Notes: generated by a model from the sequence alone, not told the origin. 64,000 bases of DNA from Eledone cirrhosa (GCA_964016885.1 OZ024759.1:13578001-13642000), one strand, 5' to 3'. Positions 12,433 to 25,264 are shown, counted from the first letter of the stretch. Made by a program: numbers and translations.

Positions 12433-12797
12433 GCAGTGGTGGTAGTATTGGTGGTGGTGGTGTTGGTCATAAAGATAGTGGTGGTGGTAGTGTTGTTGTT
12501 GTTGGTGGTGTTGGTGTTGTTGTTGGAGGTGTTGGTGCTGGTGGTGTTGGTGTTGTTGTTGTTGGTGCTGGTGGTGGTGTTTTTGTTGGTGTTGTTGGTG
12601 TTGGTGTTGGTGGTGTTGGTGTTGGTGTTGTTGGTGTTGATGGTGTTGGTGTTGGTGTTGTTTTTATTGTTGTTGGTGGTGGTATTGTTAGTGGTGGTGT
12701 TGTTGGTTATGTTGTTGGTTATGGTGTTGTTGTTGTTGGTAGTGGTGTTGTTGTTAGTGGTGGTAGTAGTAGTGGTGGTAGTGTTGTTGTTGGTTTG
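12433..12797. repeat. (GGT/GTT)n compound microsatellite
   Basis: Directly visible in the sequence. Confidence 0.95.
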
Positions 12798-13260
12798 TGG
12801 AATCTGAAGGATGGAGTTTGGGGTTTAGTTTAGCAAAAAAAAACCATTAAGTTTATGGCATTTTCTGAGTGTTTCGAGTATGGGTTAAAGCAATCAATTT
12901 TGTTATTTACATTCATATATATGATAATTTTCTACAGTTTCTACTTGTTAATCTATGGTTATAGTTGGACACACCTTATCAATGTATATATAATTCATTC
13001 GCTGTCCCTACTACGGTATATCATGTAATCGTAATGTACACATTTTTCTATCAACTCCACATTTCCATTTCGTACCTAGTCCAAACATCCAATCTTGCAA
13101 AATCCTAAATGTAGCGAACGTTTTCCTAGCTGCTTTCCACTGCATATTGCACATTGAGCACATGCCTTTACGCTTTGGCTTCTAACTAATTCACCAATCT
13201 CTCCTCTCATATCTCCTCTCCTATCTCCATCTCTCTCTTTAAGATTGGTTACTCTTGAAC

Positions 13261-13376
<116 letters not shown>

Positions 13377-13718
13377 TAACAGATTATTTTCAGAAGATCC
13401 TGTTAAGGGTGAAAGCAGCGATTCTTTGCTTAAACTTTAATCTGTTATTTTAAATATTTATCGAGAATTCCCATGCAGGTCATTCTTGGAGTAATATAAG
13501 TGAAAGAGTGTAGAACAACATGGTCGACTGTGCAAAAAGGGTTTTATTTACAGTATTAACAATTGTTTTATTGGTCAGGTGAGTCTAAAGGCTGCTAATC
13601 ACTTGAAATTGCATCACTTGATATTAACTATAGTGTGTGTCTGTGATCAAATCATCGGTATTCTGATGATTTATATATATATGATTGATATATATATAGA
13701 TGATTTATATATATATAT

Positions 13719-15008
13719 ATGCAGTTTGGTTTTGTGCCTCGGAAAAGTACAACAGATGCCTTCTTCTTAGTAAGGCAACTACAAGAGAGGTTCTTAGAGA
13801 AGAATAAGCCACTATAGTTAGCTTTTGTTGACCTAGAGAAGGCCTTTGATAGGGTACCCCGATCTGTCATCTGGTGGTCCCTAAGGAAACTAGGTGTAGA
13901 GGAATGGCTTGTGAGGACAGTGCAAGCTATGTAAAGGGGTGCTGTCAGTAAAGTGAGAATAGGAATGGAGTTTAGTGAGTAATTCCAGATACAAGTAGGT
14001 GTATATCAGGGTTTGGTCCTCAGCCCGGTCTTGTTCATTATAGTCCTCCAACAGAGGAGTTTAAGACTGGATGCCCACGGGAACTTCTCTATGCTGACGA
14101 TCTGGTTCTTATAGCAGAATCAGTAGAGGAGCTAGAGAATAAATTCTGACTATGGAAACAGCAGTTGGAAGCAAGAGGACTGAGAGTGAACCTAGCTAAG
14201 ACAAAAGTGTTGATAAGTAGAAGAGAGGATAATACTCGGATTCCATCAGGGAAATAGCCATGTTCGATATGTAGGAAAGGAACTGGCATAAATTCCATAA
14301 AATGTATGCAATGCAGATCTTGGGTACATAAGAGATGTAGTGGGATAGCAGGCAAACTAACAGGTAGGGAGAAATACATATGCAGTAGATGTACTGGGAA
14401 ATTAGACAGTAGAAGTCACATTGATAGACACATTTTTCCAATGCAGGTGGGTTCTATAGAAGTGGTGGATAGCTTCCAATACCTAGGTGATCAGATTAGC
14501 ATGGGAGGGGGGTGTTCTGAGGCCACAGTATCTAGAATAAGGACAGGCTGGAAGAGGTTTAGGGAGCTGCTTCCTCTGCTGACAAAGAAGGGTTTCTCCC
14601 TGCATACGAAAGGACGGTTATATGATGTCAGTGTGAGATGCGCGATGCTGCATGGTAGTGAGACATGGGCAGCAACTGCAGAGGATATGCGATGGCTGGA
14701 GAGAAATGAAGCAAGTATGCTCCGTTGGATGTGCAATGTCAATGTGTGTGAACGACCCAGCATGGACGAGTTGAGAAAGAAACTGGGCATAAGAGGGATA
14801 AGTTGTGGTGTGCAGGAGAGAAGGGGGAGATGGTATGGACATGTGATGTGCATGGAGGATGACTGCTGGGTAAAGATGTGCCAAGAAATCCCACTAGAAG
14901 GAAGACCACGAAAAACATGGGTGAAGGTGGTGAGAGCAGACCTCAGATCACTGAAACTCACCAAGGAGATGACGAAGGACCATGGCAAGTGGAGAGATGC
15001 TGTGCTCA
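13719..15008 (+). mobile_element. Degenerate RTE family A copy with multiple stops
   Basis: Collinear with 34193-35500; QFGF...YADD...Cys/His finger...FQYLG. Confidence 0.9.
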
Positions 15009-15330
15009 CACAGCTCACACTGTAAAGTGGTCATGTAGGTGTCATATCAAAAAGCACCCAGCTCACACTATGAAGTGGTCATGTAGGTGTCATGACAAAA
15101 AGCACCCAGTTCACACTGTAAAATGGTTTTGCAGGAGTCACGACAAAAAGCAGCCAGCTCACACTGTAAAGTGGTCATGTAGGTGTCATGACAAAAAGCA
15201 CCCAGCCCACACTATAAAGTAGTTGTACAGGAGTCATGACAAAAAGCACCCAGTACTCACTGTAAAGTGATTGTGTAGGAGTCCCGACAAAAAGCACCCA
15301 GGACACACTGTAAGTGTGTTTGGTGTTAGG
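15009..15330. repeat. 48-bp minisatellite; same family at about 23140-23290, 23950-24250, 32280-32840, 58660-59158 and 62000-62427
   Basis: Unit cacactgtaaagtggtcatgtaggtgtcatgacaaaaagcacccagct; gives a 16-aa periodicity in overlapping ORFs. Confidence 0.9.
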
Positions 15331-16729
15331 AAGGGCATCCAGCCATAGAAACCTAGTCAGAAACAGTTCTATATGAGCAAAACACCGTCATCTGACCCAA
15401 GTTGCTTCAAATGTGACAATCTACCAGCTTAGGCTTGTATTCAGCAAATTTTTTCAAGGGATTAAACCTTTGAAAAGGCTTGCCAGATACAAGTGCTGGT
15501 GAAGTGACATTTCTTCTTCCTTGGGTTACTCACTCTATGTAATTTGTATGTCATTTGGTGAACTCAAGTAATCACACAAACAGTTTGTCTGGTTATATAA
15601 CAATGGAGTTATTTCCTATTGAATCAAAGAATGATTGGATCAAATCTACACCAATCCCATAACCAGGTCTAACAACAAAGAAACAGCATTCAAATGCTTT
15701 CTGTAGAAAGTCATAATTAATAAAACATTTCTATGACTTAATGCTATTAGTTGGACTCCACCCTAGGAAACATCATCCTCGCCCAACCAGATATTGTTAT
15801 TTTTGCTTTCTTTTGTCCTAAAACTCACTTTATTATATTTTATTTTAGACATTTTTAGTATTTAAAAAAAAAGTGCAAAATAAAATAAAATAAAATAAAA
15901 TAAAATAAAATAAAATAAAACAAAAATCAGTATATATAAAATATTAGTTGAGTTAACATTAATATTTTAGCATTTAAACTGGCCAGAATTTTCTCACCTT
16001 TTTCTGTTCAAACCGGCCATACCCAGCTGCTCATACTTACGTTAAGGTATTGTTCTCAAAATGAATAATAACAAAATTTCATAGATTTGATATATGAGAT
16101 AAAGTGTTTACGATGAAAATAAAATAGTAAATATAGAGTAATGTAAATGCTAATGGGTTAAAGAAATACACACACACACACATATATATATATATAATTG
16201 TTTCTACTTTTGGAGGAAGGCTACCAATTATCTTAGTGCATTACTAGTGCTTTATTTTATTGACCCCCTGTAAGAATGAAAGGCAAAGTTAACCTCAGCG
16301 GGATATATACTGATGTATGTATACATTTGTAAATCATTTCAGTTCATTTTACGTCCGCTTTTTCCCTGCTTGCAAGGGTGGGACGGGAACTGATTCTGGC
16401 TTGATTTCTACAGCTGGATGCCCTTCCTAACACCAACCTCATTTACAGTGAGTGCTGGGTGCTTTTTTCCGTGGCACTTCCACGTCCACTTTACAGTGGA
16501 ATGATATGGACCCCAGTCCCTATCATCTCATTTCTACAGCTGAGTAAACTGGAGCAATGTGAAATAAAGTGTCTTGCTCAAGGAAACAACACATTACCCG
16601 GTCTGAGAATTGAACTCACAACCTTTCGATTGCAAGGCCAATGCTCTAACCATTAAGCCATGTGATATAGGGAGGAGAGGACTGTTGAGTTCAGTAAGAC
16701 AACTTCTCTAGTGCTGGTGGCACAAATAA

Positions 16730-17640
16730 TGCACCCAGCCAACATTGTAAAGTGGTTGGTAGTAGGAAGGGCATCCAGCCCCAAAAGCTACAAATCTCAC
16801 GACTGTCACCCTCAATGTTGGCATCCTGAAAAGTAAATCAGGTGAAACTGCGGAACTGTTAGAAAGAAGAGAAGTGGATGTATGCTGTGTACAAGAAGTG
16901 AGATGGAGAGGTGCCTCAACAAGACTACTCACAGGAAAACAGCATAGACACAAGCTTTACTGGATGGGAAATAATCATGGGGTAGGAGGGGTAGGCATCT
17001 TAATAGCTGAGAAATGGATAGATAAGGTGATAGAGGTAGTTAGAGTAAGTGACAGAATCATCAAGCTTAGATTAACTGTAGGAAACAGACTAGAGACAAT
17101 TACATCTACCTATGCTCCACAGGCAGGACTGGGTAAAGAACAAAAGGACAGGTTCTATGAGGAACTTTTACAGACAACTTCAGGTATTGATGACAGAGAC
17201 TTCATCTTCGTGGCAGGTGACTACAATAGACATGTTGGACAGTACCAGGATGGATTCACTGGAGTTCACGGTAGCTATGGTTATGGCTCTTGGAATTCTG
17301 AGAAAGGCAGAACTTGGATGAACTGAGGACGAGACTGGGTTTAAGAGGTATTCAAAGTGGTGTGCAGGAGAAAAGACTACATTGGTAGAGACATGTGATA
17401 TGTATGGATGATGATCGGTGGGTGAAAAAGTGGCAGGAAATCCCAGTGGAAGGAAGCGGCAATAGAGGTAGACCAAGGAAGACCTGGGCAGAGGTGGTGA
17501 GAGGTGATCTCAAATTACTGAGACTCACAGAGGAGATGTTGAAGGAACATGGTGAGTGGTGAGATGCTGTGTTGAAAAGGACATGTCCAACCCATGCAGT
17601 TGTGGAACAATGGACATAAAAATGATGATGATGATGATGA
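16730..17640 (+). mobile_element. Internally deleted RTE: 5' UTR motif, apurinic endonuclease domain, then a jump to the 3' end
   Basis: TLNVG...DVCCVQEVRW...YAPQ...AGDYN motifs; preceded by ggttggtagtaggaagggcatccagc. Confidence 0.85.
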
Positions 17641-17649
17641 TGATACATG

Positions 17650-18470
17650 GGACAAAACTTTGATAGGTTTCCACTAGTATTGGCCAGGCAATGTATAATT
17701 TAATAGCACTCCCTGCTGAAGTTTTCTGATCATCACGCACACCTCAGTTATATCTTGGGTACCATGTCCCACCCTAGTAAAGAGTTGTTGTTTTTGGAGA
17801 CATATCCTAGTGGAGGGCGTTTATCTGGAATTTCTTGGAGGAATTTAGCCAGGGACATTTTGAATTTTATGGTATATGTTTCTGTTTTGATGCATTTTAG
17901 TATGATATTTAAGAGAATGGGACCAGTTGAGGTGAAATAGTTGTGCCGTAATGTTGTTATGAGATATGAGTTTGATTTTTGCTGTAGGCGGATAGCATGG
18001 GGACGAAGCCTTGAGTGAATTTTAAAGTTGAAGTCAACATCATTTGAACAATCATCATCACGATCATCATGAATGTTGATAAATTATTTTCCACATCATA
18101 CAAATATTGGTTTCTTATATATAGGCACAAGGATAGCAATTTTGGGAAAGGGAAAAGACGATTAAATCGACCCCAGTGCATGTGACTGGTACTTTAATTT
18201 ATCGACCCCGTAAGGATGAAGGGCAAAGTTGACCTTGGTGGGATCATAAAGGGCCGTAACTCTATGTTGCAAAGCATGGCGTTCGACCCTCTACTGATAC
18301 TGCCAATCCACCACATTATACAAATATTGTAGCATTCACGGCAACGCTGGAGAAAGTAAAGTTTGAGGTTTTCTAGTCGACCCGAAAACTCAAGGCCTGT
18401 CATGGTGTCCATCATTTTTGTAATTGCCCTTTGTTTCATGTGAGGAGACCACAGGAAATACTACAACTGC
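17650..18470 (-). mobile_element. Degenerate CR1/L2-like LINE 3' end, interrupted by a SINE B copy
   Basis: RLENLKLYFLQRCRECY (cf. L.SL..RR.R), GPILLN, and KFLQEIPD...GY...NNSL remnants. Confidence 0.55.
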
Positions 18471-19515
18471 CACTACCTACAATAATAATGGTTTCTGATT
18501 TAGGCACAAGGCCAACAATTTTAGGGGAGGGGAAAGTCAATTAATTGACCCCAGTGCATTACTGGTACTTTATTTTATTGACCCTGTAAGGATGAAAAGC
18601 AAAGCTAACCTCAGCGGGATTTGAACTCAGATCATAAAGGTATGTAACTCTATGCCACAAAAAATGTTACTGGACGCTCTACCGATACTGCCAATCCACC
18701 ACCCTTTAATATTAATCATAATAATTGTTTCTACTTTTGGCACAAGGCAGCAATTAGCCCAGTGCATTACTGGTACTTTATTTTATCGATACCGTAAGGA
18801 CGAAAGGCAAAGTTAAATTCGGTAGGATTTGAAATCAGATCACAAAGGGCCGTAACTCTATGCTGAAAAGTATGGTGTCCGACATTCTACCGATACTGCC
18901 AATCTACCAATTAATAATAATAATGATGCTTTCTTTATTAGCCACACAGGGTTCGCATTAAGGATACATCAAAGATAATACAGGACGATACTTTATTGAC
19001 CCCGTAAGTAAGAAAGGCAAAGTTAGCCTCGACAGGGTATGAATTCACAACGTAAAGCACGTTGTACGACACTCTACCGATACCACCAATAATCATAATA
19101 ATCGTTTCTACTTTAGGCACAAGGCCAGCAATTACCCAGTGTATTACTGGTACTTTATTTTATCGACCCCGTAAGGATGAAAGGCAAAGTTAACCTCGGT
19201 GGGATTTGAACTCAGGCCGTAAAGGGACGTAACTATGCTAGAAAGCATGGCGTCCGACCCTCTACCGATACTGCCAATTCACCGCCAATAATCATAATAA
19301 TTGTTTCTACTTTTGGCACAAGGCCAGCAATTACCTCAGTGCATTACTGGTACTTTATTTTATCGACCCCGTAAGGATGAAAGGCAAAGTTAACCTCAGT
19401 GGGATTTGAACTCAGATCGTAAAGGGACGTAACTACGCTGGAAAGCATATCCGACCTTTCTACCAATACTGCCAAATCACCGCCAATAATTATAATAATG
19501 ATAATAGATGATTAC

Positions 19516-19625
19516 CTTGCCAGTTGTGCTCTAAGGTTGGTACGGGGGTGATACTGTTCCATTTTTGATATGAGGTCAAAGAAATTTGGGAAGACCAAAA
19601 ATATTACCGTTATCACCCAGGTTGT
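19516..19625 (-). CDS. TMC: TMC exon J (110 nt): TTWVITVIFLVFPNFFDLISKMEQYHPRTNLRAQLA(R) (TM4)
   Basis: Acceptor ctttcattgcAG, donor AG|GTaatc; hallmark P..FDLI...E.YHPR..LR.QLAR motif; absent from the ORF track. Confidence 0.94.
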
Positions 19626-20611
19626 CTGCAATGAAAGAACAATGGTGTTTAAATCTTATTTATTATTTGTGCAAAAAGTAATAATTGTTTCTATTTTAGG
19701 CACAAGGCCAGCAAATACCCAGTACATTACTGGTACTTTATTTTATCGAACCCGTAAGGATGAAAGGCAAAGTTAACCTCAGCGAGATTTGAACTCAGAT
19801 CGTAAAGGGCCGTAACTTTATGCTGCTAAGCATGGCATCCGACCCTCTACTGATACTGCCAACCCACTGCCTTTTAATAATAATAATAATTGTTTCTATT
19901 TTAGGCACAAGGCCAGCAATTACCCAGTACATTACTGGTACTTTATTTTATCGAACCCCGAAAGGATGAAAGGCAAAGTTAAACTTGGCGGGATTTGAAC
20001 TCAGACCATAAAGGGTTGTAACTCTTTGCTGCAAAGCATGGCGTTCGACTCTCTACTGATACTGCCAATCCACCGCCAATCCATGCAAAAAGTAATAATG
20101 TCTTTTATTATAGAAGAGGAAGACCAAGAAAAACCTGGGTAGAAGTAGTGAGAGGTGATCTCACAATGCTGAGATTGAAGTGGAGAGAGGCTCTACTACC
20201 GAAGACCCATCCAACCCATGCAAGCATGGATATAAACTAATGATGATGATGATGACATATAAATATAAAAATTTATATATATATATATATCATCATCATC
20301 ATCATCATTTAACGTCCGCTTTTCCCTGCTTGCAAGGGTGGGACGGGAACTGATTCTGGCTTGATTTCTACAGCTGGATGCCCTTCCTAACACCAACCTC
20401 ATTTACAGTGAGTGCTGGGTGCTTTTTTGCCGTGGCACCTCCACGACCACTTTGCAGTGGAATGATAGGGAGGGACCCCAGTCCCTATCATCTCATTTCT
20501 ACAGCTGAGTAAACTGGAGCAATGTGAAATAAAGTGTCTTGCTCAAGGAAACAACACATCACCTGGTCTGATATTGCAAGGCCAATGCTCTAACCACTAA
20601 GCCATGTGCCT

Positions 20612-20656
<45 letters not shown>

Positions 20657-22255
20657 TATGATGGTTGCAAACTCTGCTAAGAGTATTGCAATCGCTTGTC
20701 AGATTATAGAGTTTGGTGCACTTTTAGGCTACGGCCAGCCACACAAACCTGTAACAGATCTTGAACAATCAATGCCTGTGCTTTGAAGTTTTTTTTAAGT
20801 GGGAAAGGCGTTGCACTCGACCAATCCCACTCTCTGAGCATCGAAAACACTACCCGAAAAGGAGAACTTGTCAACATCATCGGATGCTTCCAAAGCTGCA
20901 GGTTTTTTTTCAGAGTTTCCCTCTCCTAGAAAGGTGTTGTGGCAACAACTGGGGGGCCTTTCACTCCCAGGTGAAAAAAAAAGAGAAGATACTATTTGGA
21001 TGGTCGTTGACTGCTGAGTTCCCCCGCCCTTTGCTGGGTGTTTCATCCCACAGGGTGTCCAAATATCACCCCCCTCACCAAGCAAGTTTGGTAGGGTTGC
21101 CTGTTTAGTTGCCGATGACCTGACCATGAGACAGGTTGTACTGGGTTGTACTGAGTGACCTGACATAATATAAATATATATATATATAACGAAGGAATTG
21201 TGGTAAGGAACCAGATGGACCATAACGCACCATAGTACTCAATACTTAGGGTAGTAGAGTGGGTAATAGGAAAAAGTATGACCCCGACGGCAGAGCTCAA
21301 GCCGTTTCGACGGCTATTTCTGGACTAAAATAGTCCAGAAATAGCCGTTGAAACGGCTTGAGCTCTGCCGTCGGGGTCATACTTTTTCCTATATATATAT
21401 ATATTTTTAAAGGGTCTGTCGAGCTGCTGATTATTGAGTCAGGTAAGATCGATACAAATCGAACCTTGAGCTGATCAGTGGCGAAACACGTGTCACCAAC
21501 CAATAAATGTAATGAAGGAGTAACCAATCGTCCTTGTTATCCTTTCAATATATATATAATAATAATAATACTAGGATGATTTGTTAAGCCTTCATTACGT
21601 TTATTGATTGATGACGCGCTTTTCGCTATTGATCAGCTCATGTTACCCTCCCTATATATATATGTATCATCATCATCATCATTTTACGTCAGCTTTTCCT
21701 GCTTTTAAGGGTGGGACGGGAACTGATTCTGGCTTGATTTCTACAGCTGGATGCCCTTCCTAACACCAACCTCATTTACAGTGAGTGCTGGGTGCTTTTT
21801 TGCTGTGGCACTTCCACCACCACTTTACAGTGGAATGATAGGGACCCCAGTCCTATCATCTCATTTCTACAGCTGAGTAAACTGGAGCAATGTGAAATAA
21901 AGTGTCTTGCTCAAGGACACAACACATCACCCAGTCTGAGAATTGAACTCACAACCTTTCGATTGCAAGGCCAATGCTCTAACCACTAAGCCATGTGCCT
22001 CCATATATATATATATATATATATTTCCGTTGCATTACCATCTCTGTTTGTTTACATGTCTTGCTCGCTTCACCCTATTCTACGTGTCCCAATAACTTTT
22101 ATTTAGTTATTGCTCGCACCAGCCAGAGGTATATGATCTTTAATGCGAAGAAATACCAACGACGGCTGGAAGATCACTGATGACGGACGCCTTATCTTCT
22201 GTTCGAATTTTATTCATATGTATCCCATTTGCAACAACACAGCACGCCATTTTTC

Positions 22256-22292
<37 letters not shown>

Positions 22293-23110
22293 GATAAAGG
22301 TAAACTTAGCCAAAATTAAAGTGTTAGTGAGTAAAGGAGAAGACAGGACCCAGATTTCCTCAGAGAAGTGGTCATGCTCCATATGTAGAAAAGGAGTAGG
22401 CATAAACTCCATATGGTGTACACAATGTAAATCTTGGGTACACAAGAAATGTAGTGGGATAACAAGGTAGATTAAGAGGAAAAGAAGACTTTGTATGTAG
22501 AAGATGCACAGGAGTAATGAAAGAGAAGAACGGCAGTGATATAAAGTCACAGGAAGGGTCCTTATAAGTGGTTGATAGCTTCTGTTATCTCGGTGACTTA
22601 ATCAGCAGTGGAGGAGGGTGCTCTGAGAGCATGATAGCTAGAATAAGGATAGGATGCAAGAAGTTTAGAAAGCTACCTCTACTGTTGACAAAAAAGGTTT
22701 CGCCCTACATCTGTGTGCAAAGAGTGATGCTGCATGGTAGTGAAACATGGTCAGTGACTGCAGAAGAAATGCGTAGGCTGGAGAGAAATGAAGCAGCCGT
22801 ACTTTGTTGGTTGTGCAGCCTACATATGAGAAAAAGGCAGAGCTTGGTTGAACTGAGTGAGAAACTGAGTTCAAGAGGAATCTGAAGTGGTGTGCAGGAG
22901 AGATGACTGTTGGTACAGACATATGATGTGCATGGAGGATGATCAATGGGTGGAGAAATGCCAGGAAATCCCAGTGGATTGAAGCCACAGTAGAGGTAGA
23001 GCTGAGAGGTGGGGAGAGCTGATCTCAAATCGTTGAAACTCTTGGGAGGAGATGATGAAGGAACATGGCAACTGGAGAGATGCCATGCTATAAAGAACCC
23101 ATCCGATAAG
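22293..23110 (+). mobile_element. Degenerate RTE fragment
   Basis: KVNLAKIKVL...CSICRKGVG...CKSWVHKKCSG, VDSFCYLGD, LHGSETW. Confidence 0.85.
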
Positions 23111-24797
23111 ATGGTGATATATATCCTATATACAGGACAAAAATACCCAGCCCACACTGTAAAGTGATTGTGTAGGTGTCATGACAAAAAGTACCCAGCC
23201 CACACTGTAAAGTGGTCATGTAGGTGTCACGACAAAAAGCACCAGTCCACACTGTAAAGTGGTCATGTTGGTGTCACAACAAAAACCACCCAAGGGCATC
23301 AAATCATAGACCCCAGCGAGAAAATTTTTCAGTAAGAGCAAGACACGATCATCTGACGTGACTTGTCCTACAATGGGAAGACTCATCTAACCCATACTAG
23401 TGTGGAAAAGTGAACAATAAATGGTGATGATGATGATATATATATACATACATGTGGAGGCATATGGCTTAGTGGTTAGAGCATTGGCTTTACAATCGAA
23501 AGGTTGTGAGTTCAATTCTCAGACCGGGTGATGTGTTGTTTCCTTGAGCAAGACACTTTATTTCACATTGCTCCAGTTTACTCAGCTGTAGAAATGCGAT
23601 TATAGGGACTGGGATCCCTATCATTCGTGGAGGTGCCACGGCAAAAAAGCACCCAGCACTCACTGTAAATGAGGTTGGTGTTAGGAAGGGCATCCAGCTG
23701 TAGAAATCAAGCCAGAATCAGTTCCCGTCCCACCCTTGCAAGCAGGGAAAAGTGGACGTAAAATGAAATGATGAATGATGATGATATATATATCATCATC
23801 GTTTAATGTCCATCTTCCATGCTTGCATGGGTTAGATGGGTTTGTCCCATTTAGAAGCAAGTTGGGTTGGATGACCGTATCTCGCTCATATAGGACAGTT
23901 TCTGGCTGGTTTTCTACAGCTGGATGCCCTTCCTAGTGCCAACCACATTTACTGTGTGTGCTGGGTGCTTTTCGCCATGTCTTTTACACAACCACTCTAT
24001 AGTGTGTGCTGGGTACTTTTTGTTGTAACACTTACACGAGCACAGTGTGGACTGGGTGCTTTTTGTCGTGACACCAACACTACCACTTTATAGTGTGGAC
24101 TGGGTGCTTTTTGTCAGGACACCTACATGACCACTTTACAGTGTGGGCTGGATGCTTTCTGTCATGACACCCCTACAACCACTTTACAGTGTGGGCTGGA
24201 TGCTTTCTGTCATGACACCCCTACAACAACTTTACTGTGTGGGCTGGATGCTTTTTTTTTATATACCATCATCTATAATATCAATTAACATCCATCTTCC
24301 TCGCTAACATAGGTTAGACGGGTCCTATTTTATGGAAAGTTGTATCAGGTGACCGTGTCTTACTCAAATAGAGGGATTTCTGGTTGGTTTTCTCCAGCTG
24401 GATGCCTGTTTTTGCTCTTAACATGGTGGATACCTAAATGTTTTTTGAGTGAATATTATAATAATATCATAGTATTATTCATATTTGTTTGCAATCTCAT
24501 AAACACCACATGTTAAATGGCATTGTCATCTTTTTGTTCCAGCGATAGCTGAAAGAAAACAATCAACTTAAATTGTACCTAAATTAGAAAGCAGTAGAGG
24601 GTCGGACACCATGCTTTGCAGCATAGAGTTACGCCCCTTTACGTTCTGAGTTCAAATCCTATCGAGGTTAACTTTGCCTTTCATCCTTACAGAGTCAATA
24701 AAATAAAGTATCACTAATGTTTTGGGATAATTGCTGGTCTTATGCCAAAAGTAGAAACAATTATTATTATTATTATTATTATCTTTAAGTTGCTCAC

Positions 24798-24939
24798 TGA
24801 ATTAGCTTCAAAATAGGATTTCTGAAGGTCAGGGTTGTTCTCAGATGTAGTAACTGTGTAATATGTAAGGTACCCACTGATGCCGTACAGAAGAAGACTG
24901 AAGACAACACCAAGACATCGGAGAAAGATCAACAGCTTC
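24798..24939 (-). CDS. TMC: TMC exon I (142 nt): (K)KLLIFLRCLGVVFSLLLYGISGYLTYYTVTTSENNPDLQKSYFEANS (TM3)
   Basis: Acceptor ttttgattgcAG, donor GTGAGC; phase 2 in, phase 0 out; hydrophobic helix at the expected TM3 position. Confidence 0.88.
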
Positions 24940-24951
24940 CTGCAATCAAAA

Positions 24952-25055
24952 GAAATTGGTCAGCAATGAAATTGGTCAGCAATGAAATTGGTCAGCAATG
25001 AAATTGGTCAGCAATGAAATTGGTCAGCAATGAAATTGGTCAGCAATGAAATTGG
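24952..25055. repeat. 16-bp tandem repeat, about 6.5 perfect copies, abutting the exon I acceptor
   Basis: (gaaattggtcagcaat)x6 followed by gaaattgg. Confidence 0.95.
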
Positions 25056-25264
25056 AAGATGGATATGATAAAGCTCTTACACATACGTGTAAACATGTGT
25101 AACCGAAAATTAACAATAAATTGAAGTGAAAACCAACAGATGCATGTGTTTTTATTGGCAGCATGACCCTCCCAAAGTATAACAAAATCTGTTTCAACAC
25201 ATGTTTTTCAGATAAGAAATCTTGCAAAACAAATTCAATAACGATATATATATATATATATGTG

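Noticed and set aside
12433-12803. Possible Thr/Asn-rich extracellular-loop exon of TMC (minus-strand ccttcAG then IPQTNNNTTT...)
   Set aside because: It is a simple microsatellite running into an RTE fragment, with no good donor and no preceding TM5 exon.
15534-15700. AG...GTGAGT-bounded candidate exon on the minus strand
   Set aside because: It has a stop codon in the frame required by exon J and no TMC similarity.
22170-22220. Hammerhead-like CTGATGA-cggac...gttc-GAAT (related sequence inverted at about 6360-6505)
   Set aside because: The GAAA box and stem I are not intact, and the second copy lacks the motif.
23456-23530. tRNA gene
   Set aside because: A and B boxes are present, but it is the head of a multi-copy SINE continuing into CORE-like and RTE-derived sequence.
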